From assembly GCA_964603025.1 (NCBI GenBank), contig CAZRTO010000001.1:8428-72427 (forward strand): DNA of 64,000 nucleotides. Direction: 5' to 3'. The number at the start of each line of letters is the position of its first letter. The first letter of the stretch is position 1. The DNA comes from an uncultured bacterium (GTDB lineage Bacteria; Margulisbacteria; WOR-1; JAKLHX01). The notes under the pieces are model-generated. The model saw only the letters and a list, made by a program, of their open reading frames with translations. It did no database searches and was not told the origin of the DNA. The position numbers and the translations under genes were made by a program. This document shows positions 8,060-18,136 of the stretch, in pieces.

Positions 8060-9308
8060 GATAAGCTATGTCTTTCCTGAAGTGCATATCATCAAATTTT
8101 ATATTGGAAACGGCACTGTATGCTGTATCCACCGCCTCTTTGACCGAGCTGCCCAGTCCGGTAACGCCAAGCACCCTGCCGCCGGAAGTGACCACATTGC
8201 AGCCGGCCAGGGATGTTCCCGCGTGAAAAATGACGGCGCCTGGCACTTTTCCGGCTTTGTCCAAACCTTCGATCAAATAGCCTGTCTTATATTTACCCGG
8301 ATATCCGCCGGAAGCCATCACAACGCAGGCGGCACAGCGGCTGTCCCATTCAATGGCCTTGCCTTCAAGACGCCCATCTATGACCGCTTCCATTATTTCC
8401 ACGAGATCTGTCTTTAATCTTGGTAGCACAGCCTGTGTCTCGGGGTCTCCGAAACGGGCGTTATATTCCAGCACCTTTGGCCCTGCGGGTGTGACCATTA
8501 TCCCCGCGTAAAGAACACCTTTATAAGGGCTGTCCTCTTTTCGCATGGCGCTTATGGTCGGCTCGAGTATTTCCTTTTGTACGCGGGAGAGCAGCTCCTT
8601 TGTCACTACAGGCGCCGGACTGTAAGCTCCCATTCCTCCGGTATTTGGCCCTTTGTCCCCATCAAACACCCTTTTGTGGTCCTGTGAAGATTCCATGGGG
8701 ACAATTGTCTTCCCATCGGTGAAACACAGTATCGAAGCTTCTTCCCCTTCAAGGAATTCTTCCACTATCATTCTCCTCCTTGACGCGGCAAAAGCATTGC
8801 CCTCCATTATCTCCTTAACGGCTGGCTCCGCCTCCTCAAAACTGGACACGATAAAAACCCCTTTGCCTGCGGCCAGCCCGTCTGCTTTTATGACAACCGG
8901 GTATTTTACGTTCCTCAGGTGCTTAACAGCTTCGTCCCTGTTATCAAATTCCTCATATCCGGCCGTGGGAATGCCGTATTTTTTCATGAGCTCCTTTGAG
9001 AATATCTTGCTGCTCTCTATGCGGGCGGCCTTTTCGGACGGCCCGAATATCCTGAGCCCTTTTTTCTCAAAGGCATCCACTATCCCCTCGGCCAGAAAGG
9101 CTTCCGGACCTACAACCGTCAGCCCGATATCTTGCCTTGACGCGAAATCCGCAAGATCATCAACGGTGTCTGCGTGCACAAGTTCGGCATACTCCGCTAT
9201 TCCGGCGTTGCCTGGGGAACAATAAAGGCGTTCGCATTTTTTGCTCTGCCTTATCTTCCAGCATAAAGCCGCTTCCCGTCCGCCTCCACCGATCACAAGT
9301 ATCTTCAT
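8028..9308 (-). CDS. purD: phosphoribosylamine--glycine ligase
   Basis: Start taken at MKILVIGGGGRE (ATG at 9308) with RBS AGGAGGG. This ATG overlaps the recJ stop as ATGA. ATP-grasp fold and PurD length. The track ORF carries a 20-aa upstream extension. Confidence 0.9.
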   Translation of the reverse strand: MKILVIGGGGREAALCWKIRQSKKCERLYCSPGNAGIAEYAELVHADTVDDLADFASRQDIGLTVVGPEAFLAEGIVDAFEKKGLRIFGPSEKAARIESSKIFSKELMKKYGIPTAGYEEFDNRDEAVKHLRNVKYPVVIKADGLAAGKGVFIVSSFEEAEPAVKEIMEGNAFAASRRRMIVEEFLEGEEASILCFTDGKTIVPMESSQDHKRVFDGDKGPNTGGMGAYSPAPVVTKELLSRVQKEILEPTISAMRKEDSPYKGVLYAGIMVTPAGPKVLEYNARFGDPETQAVLPRLKTDLVEIMEAVIDGRLEGKAIEWDSRCAACVVMASGGYPGKYKTGYLIEGLDKAGKVPGAVIFHAGTSLAGCNVVTSGGRVLGVTGLGSSVKEAVDTAYSAVSNIKFDDMHFRKDIAYRALKRDTAGN

Positions 9309-11014
9309 GGCTGCTGCGCCCTCCTTATATCGACGATCTGAGCCTGCGGCAGGACGAAACCGTCCCACTCATTGACCGAAAGGTTATAAGCGATATCGAC
9401 AAATGATCCTTTGTGTATCTCGTCAGCCAGACTTCCGAGACCAAAACCTATCGCATCCAGCAAAGTGCCGCCCCGCGATAGTTTAAGTTTGATATGGGCC
9501 CCTTTCGTGCCAACCTTGCCGCACGAGGAAACTTTCATTCCTTTGGTCATGAAAACCGGGTTGGGATTTCCCTGGCCGAACGGCGCGAGACGTTCGATCT
9601 CTCTTGCGAATTCGCACGACAGCTCCTCAGGCGCCGATTCCACGTCTATCCTTGTCTTGGGGACCAGTTCGTCAAAGGTGAACGCGCCTTCTATCTCCTT
9701 TGAAAGCCTGGCCCTCAGCTCTTCTATGGACCCTGAGGGCATTTCGAATCCTGCGGCATCTTTGTGCCCGCCGAAATCGGAGAATATGTCCTTGCATGAG
9801 AGCAAAAGCTTGTAGACATCAAAACCCTCTATGCTTCTGGCGGACCCCCTGCATACCCGTCCGGTATCGCTTATCAATATCGCAGGACGGTTGTATTTTT
9901 CGGAGATCCTGGATGCTACTATACCGATCACGCCGGGATGCCAGTTCTTGCCGGACAGCATTATAAGCTTTGTATTCTCCGGATCGGTGATTCTTGAGAA
10001 AACATCCTCTCCTATAAGGGTGCCGATCTGCTGCCTTTGGGAATTTACCAGATTTATCTCATCGGCTATCGATTTGGCTTTTTTGGGATCATCCTCAAGC
10101 AGCAACTTCAGGCTGAGCTCGGCATGTTTGAGCCTGCCGGGAGCGTTCAGTCTCGGAGCCAGCATAAAAGATATGTTCCTGGCGGTCACATCGCCGGATA
10201 TCCTTGCGGAGTTGAAAAGGTGTTTTACTCCGGCGCGTTTTTTTTCGTTTAGCAGACATATGCCGGAAACGGCAAGTATCCTGTTCTCCCCGGTCAAAGG
10301 CACGACATCAGCTATTGTGCCCAGCGCGGCAAGGTCCAGGAACTCTTTTATCTGCGATGAGTCCGTGAACCCGGCGGACCTTAAAAGCGCCCAGACGAAT
10401 TTAAACGCCACCCCCGCTCCCGCCAGGTCACGTGAAGCATGCCCCTGCTCCATTCTTTTGGGATCAACACAGGCGACCGCCGGAGGAAGTCTGTCCGGGA
10501 TGTTATGGTGATCGGTCACGACCACATCAATACCCAGGGAAGCTGCGTATTCTATCTCTTTTAAATTGCTTATTCCGCAATCGACCGTTATCAAAAGCTT
10601 TGTGCCTTGCATGGCGATCTTTTTGATGCCTTCCGCGTTAAGACCGTATCCTTCATCGTATCTGTGCGGTATATAGCAGCCCGCGTCAGAGCCCAGTTTG
10701 CGCAAGCCCAGCACCACTATAGAAGAACCCGTAACCCCGTCCGCGTCGTAGTCCCCCCAGACATATATCTTCTCTTTGGAACGGACGGCGTCCAGAACAC
10801 GGTCGACGGCTTTTTGCATGTCCGGGATCTCGAAAGGATCCCTTAAAAAAGAAAGTTTGGGCGCTAGAAAACGTTCTATATCTTCGTTTCGGTGTATGCC
10901 CCTGTTTATCAGTATCTGTGCGGTAGGTCTTGATATGCCGAACCTGGAGGCGATGTCTAGAGAGAGCCTTTCATCGCTTTTGTGGACGCTCCATCTGCGT
11001 TTCAAAAGGCTCAT
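9305..11014 (-). CDS. recJ: single-stranded-DNA-specific exonuclease RecJ
   Basis: 569 aa. DHH motif (VVTDHH) and DHHA1 region. Confidence 0.9.
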   Translation of the reverse strand: MSLLKRRWSVHKSDERLSLDIASRFGISRPTAQILINRGIHRNEDIERFLAPKLSFLRDPFEIPDMQKAVDRVLDAVRSKEKIYVWGDYDADGVTGSSIVVLGLRKLGSDAGCYIPHRYDEGYGLNAEGIKKIAMQGTKLLITVDCGISNLKEIEYAASLGIDVVVTDHHNIPDRLPPAVACVDPKRMEQGHASRDLAGAGVAFKFVWALLRSAGFTDSSQIKEFLDLAALGTIADVVPLTGENRILAVSGICLLNEKKRAGVKHLFNSARISGDVTARNISFMLAPRLNAPGRLKHAELSLKLLLEDDPKKAKSIADEINLVNSQRQQIGTLIGEDVFSRITDPENTKLIMLSGKNWHPGVIGIVASRISEKYNRPAILISDTGRVCRGSARSIEGFDVYKLLLSCKDIFSDFGGHKDAAGFEMPSGSIEELRARLSKEIEGAFTFDELVPKTRIDVESAPEELSCEFAREIERLAPFGQGNPNPVFMTKGMKVSSCGKVGTKGAHIKLKLSRGGTLLDAIGFGLGSLADEIHKGSFVDIAYNLSVNEWDGFVLPQAQIVDIRRAQQP

Positions 11015-11019
11015 CGGGC

Positions 11020-11487
11020 CTATCTTTTCTTTACAAGCATTAACTTCTGCCCGAACTCCACCGGCGATCCGTTCTCCACCAGTATCTTCGCGATCTTGCC
11101 GGAAATATCGGATTCGATCTCATTAAAAAGTTTCATCGCTTCAATTATGCAGACGATCTTGCCTTTTTCGATATCGTCTCCATCCTCGACATACGGAGGA
11201 CTGTCAGGTGAAGAAGCCCTGTAAAAAGTCCCCACCATGGGAGAAGTGATGGCAGTGAGCCCCTCTTCCTCCTGGTTCTTTGCGTCCGGTTTGTCCGACG
11301 GTTGATGCTGGGCCACCGCGTGCTGCGGGGCGACCGGGACGTGATGAAAACCCGTTTCCCTGCGGACCTCAACCCTGAAATCCCCTTTTTCGACGGAGAG
11401 CGCCGTAATGTCCGACTCTTCAACTATCTTTATGACTTTTTTGACGGTGTCAAAATCCATGCCGGCCTTTTCTTTGTTCTGGTCCAT
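11020..11487 (-). CDS. accB: acetyl-CoA carboxylase biotin carboxyl carrier protein
   Basis: 155 aa. Biotinyl-lysine motif IEAMKLFNEI and a Pro/Ala linker. Confidence 0.85.
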   Translation of the reverse strand: MDQNKEKAGMDFDTVKKVIKIVEESDITALSVEKGDFRVEVRRETGFHHVPVAPQHAVAQHQPSDKPDAKNQEEEGLTAITSPMVGTFYRASSPDSPPYVEDGDDIEKGKIVCIIEAMKLFNEIESDISGKIAKILVENGSPVEFGQKLMLVKKR

Positions 11488-11506
11488 TTATCCCTCCGTT
11501 CCGCGG

Positions 11507-12073
11507 CTACTGCTTAGCCCTTTCAACGTAGTTGCCGTTCCTTGTGTCGACCACTATACTGTCCCCGACATTTATGAACATAGGGACCTGAACCACCACT
11601 CCTGTCTCAAGAGTTGCCGGCTTCATCACGTTTGACACGCTGTTGCCTTTGAAAGCGGATCCCGTTTCGGTGACCTTGAGAGTAACTGAGGTGTCCATTT
11701 CCACTCCGAGTATCCTGCCGTTGTGGGAAACTACCTCTATAACATCCTGCTCGCGTATGTATTTGGGCACATCCCCCATAAGGTCCTCATTTATCGCGAC
11801 CTGTTCATATGTCTCCTGGTCCATAAAATGGTACTGATCGTCCTGTTTGTACAAATACTGCATATCCTTGCGTTCAACATGCGCGCGGTCGATCTTATCG
11901 TTGGACTTGAAGGTGCGCTCGATGGTGTTGCCGTTGTCGATGTTCTTCATCTTGACCCTTACGATGGCGCCGCCGCGCCCCATCTTTATGTGGTTATACT
12001 CGATCACGCTGAAGACCTGGTTCTCAAGTTCGACCGTTATCCCCGGCCGGAGTTCGGTAACTGGAATAGACAT
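11507..12073 (-). CDS. efp: elongation factor P
   Basis: Start at MSIPVTELRPG (ATG at 12073). KMGRGGAIVRVKMKN and KOW/OB domains. The track ORF has a 20-aa in-frame extension that contains the RBS. Confidence 0.9.
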   Translation of the reverse strand: MSIPVTELRPGITVELENQVFSVIEYNHIKMGRGGAIVRVKMKNIDNGNTIERTFKSNDKIDRAHVERKDMQYLYKQDDQYHFMDQETYEQVAINEDLMGDVPKYIREQDVIEVVSHNGRILGVEMDTSVTLKVTETGSAFKGNSVSNVMKPATLETGVVVQVPMFINVGDSIVVDTRNGNYVERAKQ

Positions 12074-12149
12074 TGTCTCTGATGTTCCCCCTCTTTTTTT
12101 AATTCTACTATAAAGGCGCTTTACGTTCAACAAGCGGGCACAGCCGTGT

Positions 12150-12776
12150 TTGACTTCATATACCGCTCATCGTAAAATTGTCCATATGACTACAGCCGTT
12201 CTGCTTATATCAAGCTTCCTGCTGGGATCGGTCCCATTCGGCCTGCTGATAGCAAGGATTAAAGGAGTAGATCTGGTCAGCACGGGCAGCGGCAATATAG
12301 GCGCGACCAATGTTTTCAGGTCCGTCGGAAAAGCCTTCGGGATAGCCGTGCTGCTGCTCGATATGTCAAAGGGCTACATCCCCGTAGCTGTGGCAGGAGC
12401 ACTATCACAGGACCATATTGTCATTATGCTGTGCGGAGCACTCTCGATAGCCGGACATATGTTCTCGCCGTTCATGAAGTTCAAAGGAGGCAAAGGCGTT
12501 GCAACGGGGCTCGGCGTTATATTTGCCATAGCACCAAGACTGTCTCTGCTTGCGTTCCTGCTCGGAATATCGATAATCGCACTGACTGGATATGTTTCCC
12601 TGGCTTCGGTAACGGGATCTCTGTTCTTAAGCATACTTATGATAAGGAGCGGACAGCCTCTGCCTTATGTATGGCTGGTGACAGTTATTACCGCTTTTGT
12701 GCTGATAAAACACATCCCCAATATGAAAAGACTGATGAACGGCACGGAAAACAAGATAAGCTGGAATAAAGAATGA
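12150..12776 (+). CDS. plsY: glycerol-3-phosphate acyltransferase PlsY
   Basis: PlsY motifs LGSVPFGLL and GSGNIGATNVFR. The real start may be the second Met, at 12186. Confidence 0.85.
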   Translation: MTSYTAHRKIVHMTTAVLLISSFLLGSVPFGLLIARIKGVDLVSTGSGNIGATNVFRSVGKAFGIAVLLLDMSKGYIPVAVAGALSQDHIVIMLCGALSIAGHMFSPFMKFKGGKGVATGLGVIFAIAPRLSLLAFLLGISIIALTGYVSLASVTGSLFLSILMIRSGQPLPYVWLVTVITAFVLIKHIPNMKRLMNGTENKISWNKE

Positions 12777-13768
12777 CAAAGATATCGGTAATAGGAGCCG
12801 GAGCCTGGGGAACCACGATGGCAAGCCATCTTGCGGAGAAAGGCTTTGACACCTTCATATGGGCCCTCGAAGAAAAAGTCGTGCTGAATATAAACGGCGC
12901 CAGGGAAAATAATATTTATCTTCCAGGCATCAGGCTGAGCAGCCGCCTAAAAGCCCTCAAGGATATCAAAGAGGCGCTCAAAGGAGCTGATCTGGCGGTG
13001 ATCGCCGTCCCTTCCAAGCATCTTAGAGCAACTTTGTCCCGAACGGAAGGTGCGATCGGAAAAAAAGTGCTTCTCCTTAGCCTGACAAAAGGCATCGAAA
13101 GGGGCACATTTAAAAGACCGTCGGAAATAATATCCGAATCAACCGGAAATACCAATGTCGCTGCGCTTTCCGGGCCTAACCTCTCGCTCGAGATAGCAAG
13201 GGGGCTGCCCGCGGCTTCGGTAGTGGCGGCAAAAGACCCTGCTGCGGCAAAAAAGATACAGGAGATGCTCTCTGGTCCTGCGTTCAGGGTATACACCAGT
13301 GACGACCTCCCAGGCGTTGAGGTCGGTGGCGCCATGAAAAACGTTGTGGCGCTTGCGGCCGGCATATCCGACGGCCTGAACCTGGGCAACAACGCAAAAT
13401 CAGCGCTTATCGTCAGAGGGCTGGCCGAAATAACAAGGCTGGGCCTTGCTCTCGGCGCCAGACAGGAAACATTTGCAGGGCTTTCGGGCATAGGCGATCT
13501 GATAACAACCTGCGAAAGCTCGCTTTCCAGGAACCATACGGTGGGCAAGGAACTGGCAAGAGGAAAAAAGATCAAAGAGCTGCTTCAAAACATGTCGGCA
13601 GTCCCCGAAGGAGTTGAAACAGCCGCATCAGCATTCGAACTGTCCAAGAAACTGGGGATAGATATGCCCATAACGGCGGAAGTCCATTCTGTAATATTTG
13701 AGGGCAAGGACCCTAAAGAAGCAATATCCGACCTCATGACCCGTCCCCACAAAAGCGAGGTATCCTGA
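12773..13768 (+). CDS. gpsA: NAD(P)H-dependent glycerol-3-phosphate dehydrogenase
   Basis: 331 aa. N-terminal ISVIGAGAWGT Rossmann fold. Overlaps the plsY stop, the common plsY-gpsA linkage. Confidence 0.9.
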   Translation: MTKISVIGAGAWGTTMASHLAEKGFDTFIWALEEKVVLNINGARENNIYLPGIRLSSRLKALKDIKEALKGADLAVIAVPSKHLRATLSRTEGAIGKKVLLLSLTKGIERGTFKRPSEIISESTGNTNVAALSGPNLSLEIARGLPAASVVAAKDPAAAKKIQEMLSGPAFRVYTSDDLPGVEVGGAMKNVVALAAGISDGLNLGNNAKSALIVRGLAEITRLGLALGARQETFAGLSGIGDLITTCESSLSRNHTVGKELARGKKIKELLQNMSAVPEGVETAASAFELSKKLGIDMPITAEVHSVIFEGKDPKEAISDLMTRPHKSEVS

Positions 13769-13833
13769 GATCCGTCTGAAATAACCTCCGTTTTTTGCCG
13801 ATATATATACAGTAGGGCATAAAGGAGGAAAAC

Positions 13834-14898
13834 ATGGCAAATTTGACGGCTTCTCAGCAGGCAATGGCCTCGCGGATAACCGCTTTCACATCGCACCACA
13901 TGATAAGAGGACAGCATAACGTTTTCCGTTCACTGGCAAGGGACATGGGACAAATGTCCAGACCGGATATTGTCCGAATCGGAGTTGAAAGCATCCGCGA
14001 ACCGGGAACGGATGTGGAGATCGACCCGTCAGCTAGGCTCGCGCGCCTGATATGCGAGTCGGAAACCTTGTCAAAACTCAAGCCCGGCTCCACCGCATGG
14101 GCATGGGACCAGATCGGAAGGGACCCCGCAGTACGCCCCACTGATTTCGGCAAGGCGGTCGCGGTATTCCAGGAAAGAAAAGCGGACCAGTTGCTGTTAA
14201 ATATTGACAGGACCCATAGGTCATGGATATCCATGCTAAAAAGCGACAATCTGATGGATGAATTGATGGCACTGCACAGAAATGTTCCGCAGGAAGTACA
14301 CGGGGCAACTGGCAACTGGATGGTCTGGGCGGCCAGGGCCAGGGATGGAGTTCAGGAACCTCTGACACATCAAGTGCACAGTTTTTCTAAATACCTTATG
14401 CAGCAGCTTAACAGGGCCCAAACCTGCATATCTCTGTTCGGGAACAACTACTCCACCATTCCCAGCATAGTCGCGCAAATAAGGACCCTGGGCAATGCCG
14501 TGGAGAAAGAAACGAATAAGATACTGTTGTCGGAGGCTCCTGATGAAGAAAGAGCCTATGCCAGGAACGTAAAAGCATCTGTATCCCATGCCATGGACAT
14601 CGCCGAAGCTTACATGAAATATCTGCCTACTGAGATACTGGTGTACTCAGCCGAGGCACCGGAAAACATGGGAGAGGCTGTTGACAGACTATTGGAAGAA
14701 CAGGCTCCCGATATCTCGTTCGCCGATATACTGAAACGCGCTGAAAAACGCGTAAGATGCCCCGGCGGGGATGCCGCAGCGGCAAAATGGTACGCTTTTT
14801 TTGATGAACTTATGCTCCGCGATGGGACTGAGGGATTGATGGGATCTTTTCCAAACAATCCGCTGATAGCAAGCTACACTGCGCTCAGACAGGAATAA
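13834..14898 (+). CDS. hypothetical protein (no recognisable domain)
   Basis: 354 aa with strong RBS AAAGGAGGAAAAC-ATG. No signal peptide or TM segments. No motif I can assign. Confidence 0.6.
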   Translation: MANLTASQQAMASRITAFTSHHMIRGQHNVFRSLARDMGQMSRPDIVRIGVESIREPGTDVEIDPSARLARLICESETLSKLKPGSTAWAWDQIGRDPAVRPTDFGKAVAVFQERKADQLLLNIDRTHRSWISMLKSDNLMDELMALHRNVPQEVHGATGNWMVWAARARDGVQEPLTHQVHSFSKYLMQQLNRAQTCISLFGNNYSTIPSIVAQIRTLGNAVEKETNKILLSEAPDEERAYARNVKASVSHAMDIAEAYMKYLPTEILVYSAEAPENMGEAVDRLLEEQAPDISFADILKRAEKRVRCPGGDAAAAKWYAFFDELMLRDGTEGLMGSFPNNPLIASYTALRQE

Positions 14899-14940
14899 GT
14901 GTACTTGTAAACGGTCCGCGGTCAAAGTAAACTGTTCTTT

Positions 14941-16011
14941 ATGGACACGGAAAAGGCAATGCTTGTCGGGGTAGAGCTTAAAAAGGACAGGTGCTCTATT
15001 GAACCGTCGATGAAAGAGCTGGCTCTCCTGGCAAAAACTGCCGGCGCGCAAATAATAGGCAGCATCACTCAAAGCCGCGAAAAACCCGACCAGAAATATT
15101 TTATCGGCGAAGGAAAGCTGGAAGAACTGGCGTCTGCCGTCGCCGAGTCAGAAGCCGATCTTGTGATATTTGACAATGAGCTCAGCCCCTCACAGGAAAG
15201 GAATCTTGAAGAACGCCTGGGCCTCAAAGTGATAGACCGCACGGAGCTTATCCTTGACATATTCGCCCAGCACGCGTCATCTCATGAAGGCCGTCTTCAG
15301 GTAGAACTGGCCCAGAACCAGTTCATGCTGACCAGGCTGTCCGGAAAAGGCATCATGCTATCCAGGCTGGGCGGCGGGATAGGCACTAGAGGGCCGGGCG
15401 AGACCAAGCTTGAAAAAGACAAAAGACGCATACGCTACAGGATATCGCTGCTCAAAAAAGATCTTGAGAACATAAGAAAAGCAAGGAATACCAGAAAGCA
15501 CACAAGGACCACCTCCGGGATCAAGAACATCTCAATAATAGGATATACGAACGCCGGCAAATCCACGCTCTTGAACTCTCTGACCAAGTCAACCGTGCTG
15601 GCCGAGGACAAGCTCTTTGCGACGCTGGATACGACCACCCGAAAACTGTATATCGCGGAAAACAAGAATGTTCTTTTATCCGATACCGTCGGCTTTATCC
15701 AAAAACTCCCCCATCAGCTCATCGACGCCTTCAAGGCCACTCTTGATGAAGTGGTCGATTCGGACATGCTTCTTCATGTGGTGGACGCTTCCAGCCCGGA
15801 CATGGAAAGGCAGATAGATTCGGTCTACAATGTGCTGGAAGAGCTCGGAGCGATAAGCAAACCGATGATAACCGTGTTCAACAAGGCCGATCTGTTGACA
15901 TCTCCAATAGAAAGAAGCATAGCGGAAAAGTACAGGCCAAGCGTAGTCGTCTCAGCCTACAAAAGGACCGGGCTCCAGCAATTGAAAGAAGCTATATCGA
16001 CCTCCCTATAG
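14941..16011 (+). CDS. hflX: GTPase HflX
   Basis: 356 aa. HflX N-domain, then G-domain motifs GYTNAGKST (G1) and DTVGF (G3), then NKAD. Confidence 0.85.
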   Translation: MDTEKAMLVGVELKKDRCSIEPSMKELALLAKTAGAQIIGSITQSREKPDQKYFIGEGKLEELASAVAESEADLVIFDNELSPSQERNLEERLGLKVIDRTELILDIFAQHASSHEGRLQVELAQNQFMLTRLSGKGIMLSRLGGGIGTRGPGETKLEKDKRRIRYRISLLKKDLENIRKARNTRKHTRTTSGIKNISIIGYTNAGKSTLLNSLTKSTVLAEDKLFATLDTTTRKLYIAENKNVLLSDTVGFIQKLPHQLIDAFKATLDEVVDSDMLLHVVDASSPDMERQIDSVYNVLEELGAISKPMITVFNKADLLTSPIERSIAEKYRPSVVVSAYKRTGLQQLKEAISTSL

Positions 16012-17011
16012 AAGCGGCGACCGGTTTGAGCTCTTCCATCAGTTTTTCAAAATTATCAAAATTGAGCGTTTGCGACCCGTCCGACATCGCCTCTTCGGGA
16101 TTGGGGCACACCTCGAGGATGAGCCCGTCGGCCCCGGCCGCGACGGCGGCCTTGGCCATAGAAGATACCAGGCTTCTCTTGCCAACAGCATGGCTTGGAT
16201 CTATCACTATAGGAAGATGGCTGAGCTCTTTGATCACAGGCACCGCGCTGAGATCGAGAGTATTGCGGGTATAGGTCTCAAAAGTCCTTATGCCCCGTTC
16301 GCATAGCATTACGTCTTTGTTGCCTTCGCTCATGATATATTCCGCGGACATCAGCAGCTCCTCTATTGTCGCGGAAAGCCCTCTTTTAAGCAGGACCGGT
16401 TTCCTGGTCTTGCCGACCTCCTTAAGGAGGGAAAAATTCTGCATATTCCGGGCGCCTATCTGTATAACGTCCGCGTATTTCTCAACAAGGGCAACATCCC
16501 TGGTGTCCATGACCTCTGTCACCATAGGCAGACCTGTTTCTTTTCTGGCTTCGGCCAACAGCTTGAGCCCCTCTTCCCCCATCCCCTGGAAGCTGTAAGG
16601 TGACGTCCTGGGCTTGAAAGCTCCTCCGCGCAGCGCGGAAGCCCCGGATCTTTTAACCGCCCGCGCGGTAGATAATATCTGCTCCCTGCTTTCCACGGAA
16701 CACGGGCCGGCAAAAACGGCTATCTTCGCGCCGCTGCCGACCGGCACTTTTTTATCTATGGTAACGACCGTATCAAGAGGATGGAATTCCCTGCTCACAA
16801 GCTTATACGGCTTCCTGACATGTATTATCTGCGCTACCCCCGGCATTATGGAAATGGTCTCAAGCTGGATCGTTGACTTGTCTCCGATAGCACCGATAAT
16901 GCTCTGCTCGACCCCTTTGGACAGATGAACGCCAAAACCGTGTTTTTTAAGTTTTTCGATGACCTGATTGATCTCGTTCTCGGTCGCGCTGTGCTTCATC
17001 ACTATGATCAC
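15992..17011 (-). CDS. aroG: 3-deoxy-7-phosphoheptulonate (DAHP) synthase, type I-beta with N-terminal regulatory domain
   Basis: 339 aa. An N-terminal ~70-aa ferredoxin-like regulatory domain followed by a KDO8PS-like TIM barrel (GPCSVES, KRG). Confidence 0.8.
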   Translation of the reverse strand: MIIVMKHSATENEINQVIEKLKKHGFGVHLSKGVEQSIIGAIGDKSTIQLETISIMPGVAQIIHVRKPYKLVSREFHPLDTVVTIDKKVPVGSGAKIAVFAGPCSVESREQILSTARAVKRSGASALRGGAFKPRTSPYSFQGMGEEGLKLLAEARKETGLPMVTEVMDTRDVALVEKYADVIQIGARNMQNFSLLKEVGKTRKPVLLKRGLSATIEELLMSAEYIMSEGNKDVMLCERGIRTFETYTRNTLDLSAVPVIKELSHLPIVIDPSHAVGKRSLVSSMAKAAVAAGADGLILEVCPNPEEAMSDGSQTLNFDNFEKLMEELKPVAASIGRSI

Positions 17012-17023
17012 GGAAGGCCCTCC

Positions 17024-17413
17024 TTAGCTCAGATAATAGTTGTTTTTGTTCTTTGCCGACAAGTCCGGTCTGAGTTTCCGGGCTTCGTCCAGATAAACGT
17101 GCTTGATCTTATCCTGAGATTTTTCGCTGTTGATCAAAAGCAGCACCCTTATGCATTTTTTAAGGCTTCCCTCAATATCGATCTCATTGGTGCACATAAG
17201 GGGAGTATAAAGCCATCCCATTTCCCTTGCGGCGATGGCCGGGAATTCTTTTGTCAGGTCGGACGTGACGGAAAATATCGCTGCGGCTATATCCTCCACC
17301 TTAATCTTGTTCACGGAGATGATCTTTTCAAGCAGCATCTCAGTTGCAAAGACTATAGCGTCCTTTTCGTTCTTTTTTACGGTTATAGCCCCTCTGACCC
17401 CGCGAGTCGCCAT
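17024..17413 (-). CDS. aroH: chorismate mutase, AroH class
   Basis: 129 aa. Close match to the Bacillus AroH pattern (RGVRGAITV..., ...KKCIRVLLLIN..., ...HVYLDEARKLRPDLS). Confidence 0.8.
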   Translation of the reverse strand: MATRGVRGAITVKKNEKDAIVFATEMLLEKIISVNKIKVEDIAAAIFSVTSDLTKEFPAIAAREMGWLYTPLMCTNEIDIEGSLKKCIRVLLLINSEKSQDKIKHVYLDEARKLRPDLSAKNKNNYYLS

Positions 17414-17414
17414 T

Positions 17415-18134
17415 TCAGCTTATTTCTCCTGATTTTATATTTATTATTTTACCATTTGCCGTTTCCAATAGCAATGAACCGTCGCTCTCAAGACCGACGG
17501 CCTTGCCTCTGAATTGACCGCCGGAAGCTGTGATATCAACCTCTCTTCCCAAAGTGTCTGAATGCTCCTCTACCTTTTTCAGCAGTTCGTCCCCTCTGCC
17601 GCGCTCGAGCATAATGATTAGCTCCTCCAAGGCAGGAAAATACTCCACCAGAAAGGCATCCTGTTCACACCTTTTCCCTGATCGCACGAGAACCGAGGTG
17701 GCCGTCCGCCTTATATCCTCCGGGAAATCAGCCTGTTCCGTATTTAAATTCAATCCGATGCCTATTATCAGCGCCCCTCCGCTTTGTTCAACAAGTATTC
17801 CTCCCGCCTTTTTATCTGCCAACATGACATCATTCGGCCATTTTATCGACGCTTTAAGCCCGGAAAGTTTCTCTATCGCGATGACGGCGGCAAGGGCCGC
17901 TGCGGGACAAAGCAATGATCGGCCCGGAGATTTCAAGTGGTCTTTAAGTATGACGGAAAGATAAAGCCCCGTACCGGGGGGCGAGAACCAGCTCCTGCCC
18001 ATCCTGCCCTTGCCTTTTGTCTGGGCCAGAGCTAGTACGGCCAGCCCGTCGGAATCCGGCCGGTCCAGGAGCGCCTTCGCGTACTCGTTGGTGGAGCCGA
18101 CCTCAGCCAGCCGTATGACGGTGTGGCCGATCAA
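17415..18134 (-). CDS. birA: biotin--[acetyl-CoA-carboxylase] ligase (group I BirA, no HTH)
   Basis: 239 aa. GKGRMGRSWFSPPGTGLYLS, the BPL catalytic motif. Confidence 0.8.
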   Translation of the reverse strand: MIGHTVIRLAEVGSTNEYAKALLDRPDSDGLAVLALAQTKGKGRMGRSWFSPPGTGLYLSVILKDHLKSPGRSLLCPAAALAAVIAIEKLSGLKASIKWPNDVMLADKKAGGILVEQSGGALIIGIGLNLNTEQADFPEDIRRTATSVLVRSGKRCEQDAFLVEYFPALEELIIMLERGRGDELLKKVEEHSDTLGREVDITASGGQFRGKAVGLESDGSLLLETANGKIINIKSGEIS

Positions 18135-18136
18135 GC

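Noticed and set aside
7575-8417. 280-aa plus-strand ORF
   Set aside because: Entirely antisense to rdgB and purD, which have clear family signatures. This is a typical shadow ORF.
9309-9368. 20-aa upstream extension of purD in the ORF track; similar extensions for efp (12074-12133), proS (33503-33556), SLH porin (19571-19591), GT28 (20730-20768), pfkB (32227-32283)
   Set aside because: The internal Met matches the conserved family N-terminus and has a proper RBS. The extensions overlap the upstream gene or contain the RBS themselves.
13797-13804. Calling GCCGATAT a definite sigma-28 promoter
   Set aside because: The -35 match is weak (3/8), and the sequence overlaps a plausible sigma-70 -10 (TATATA). 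It is kept only as a testable hint in the findings and not listed as a feature.
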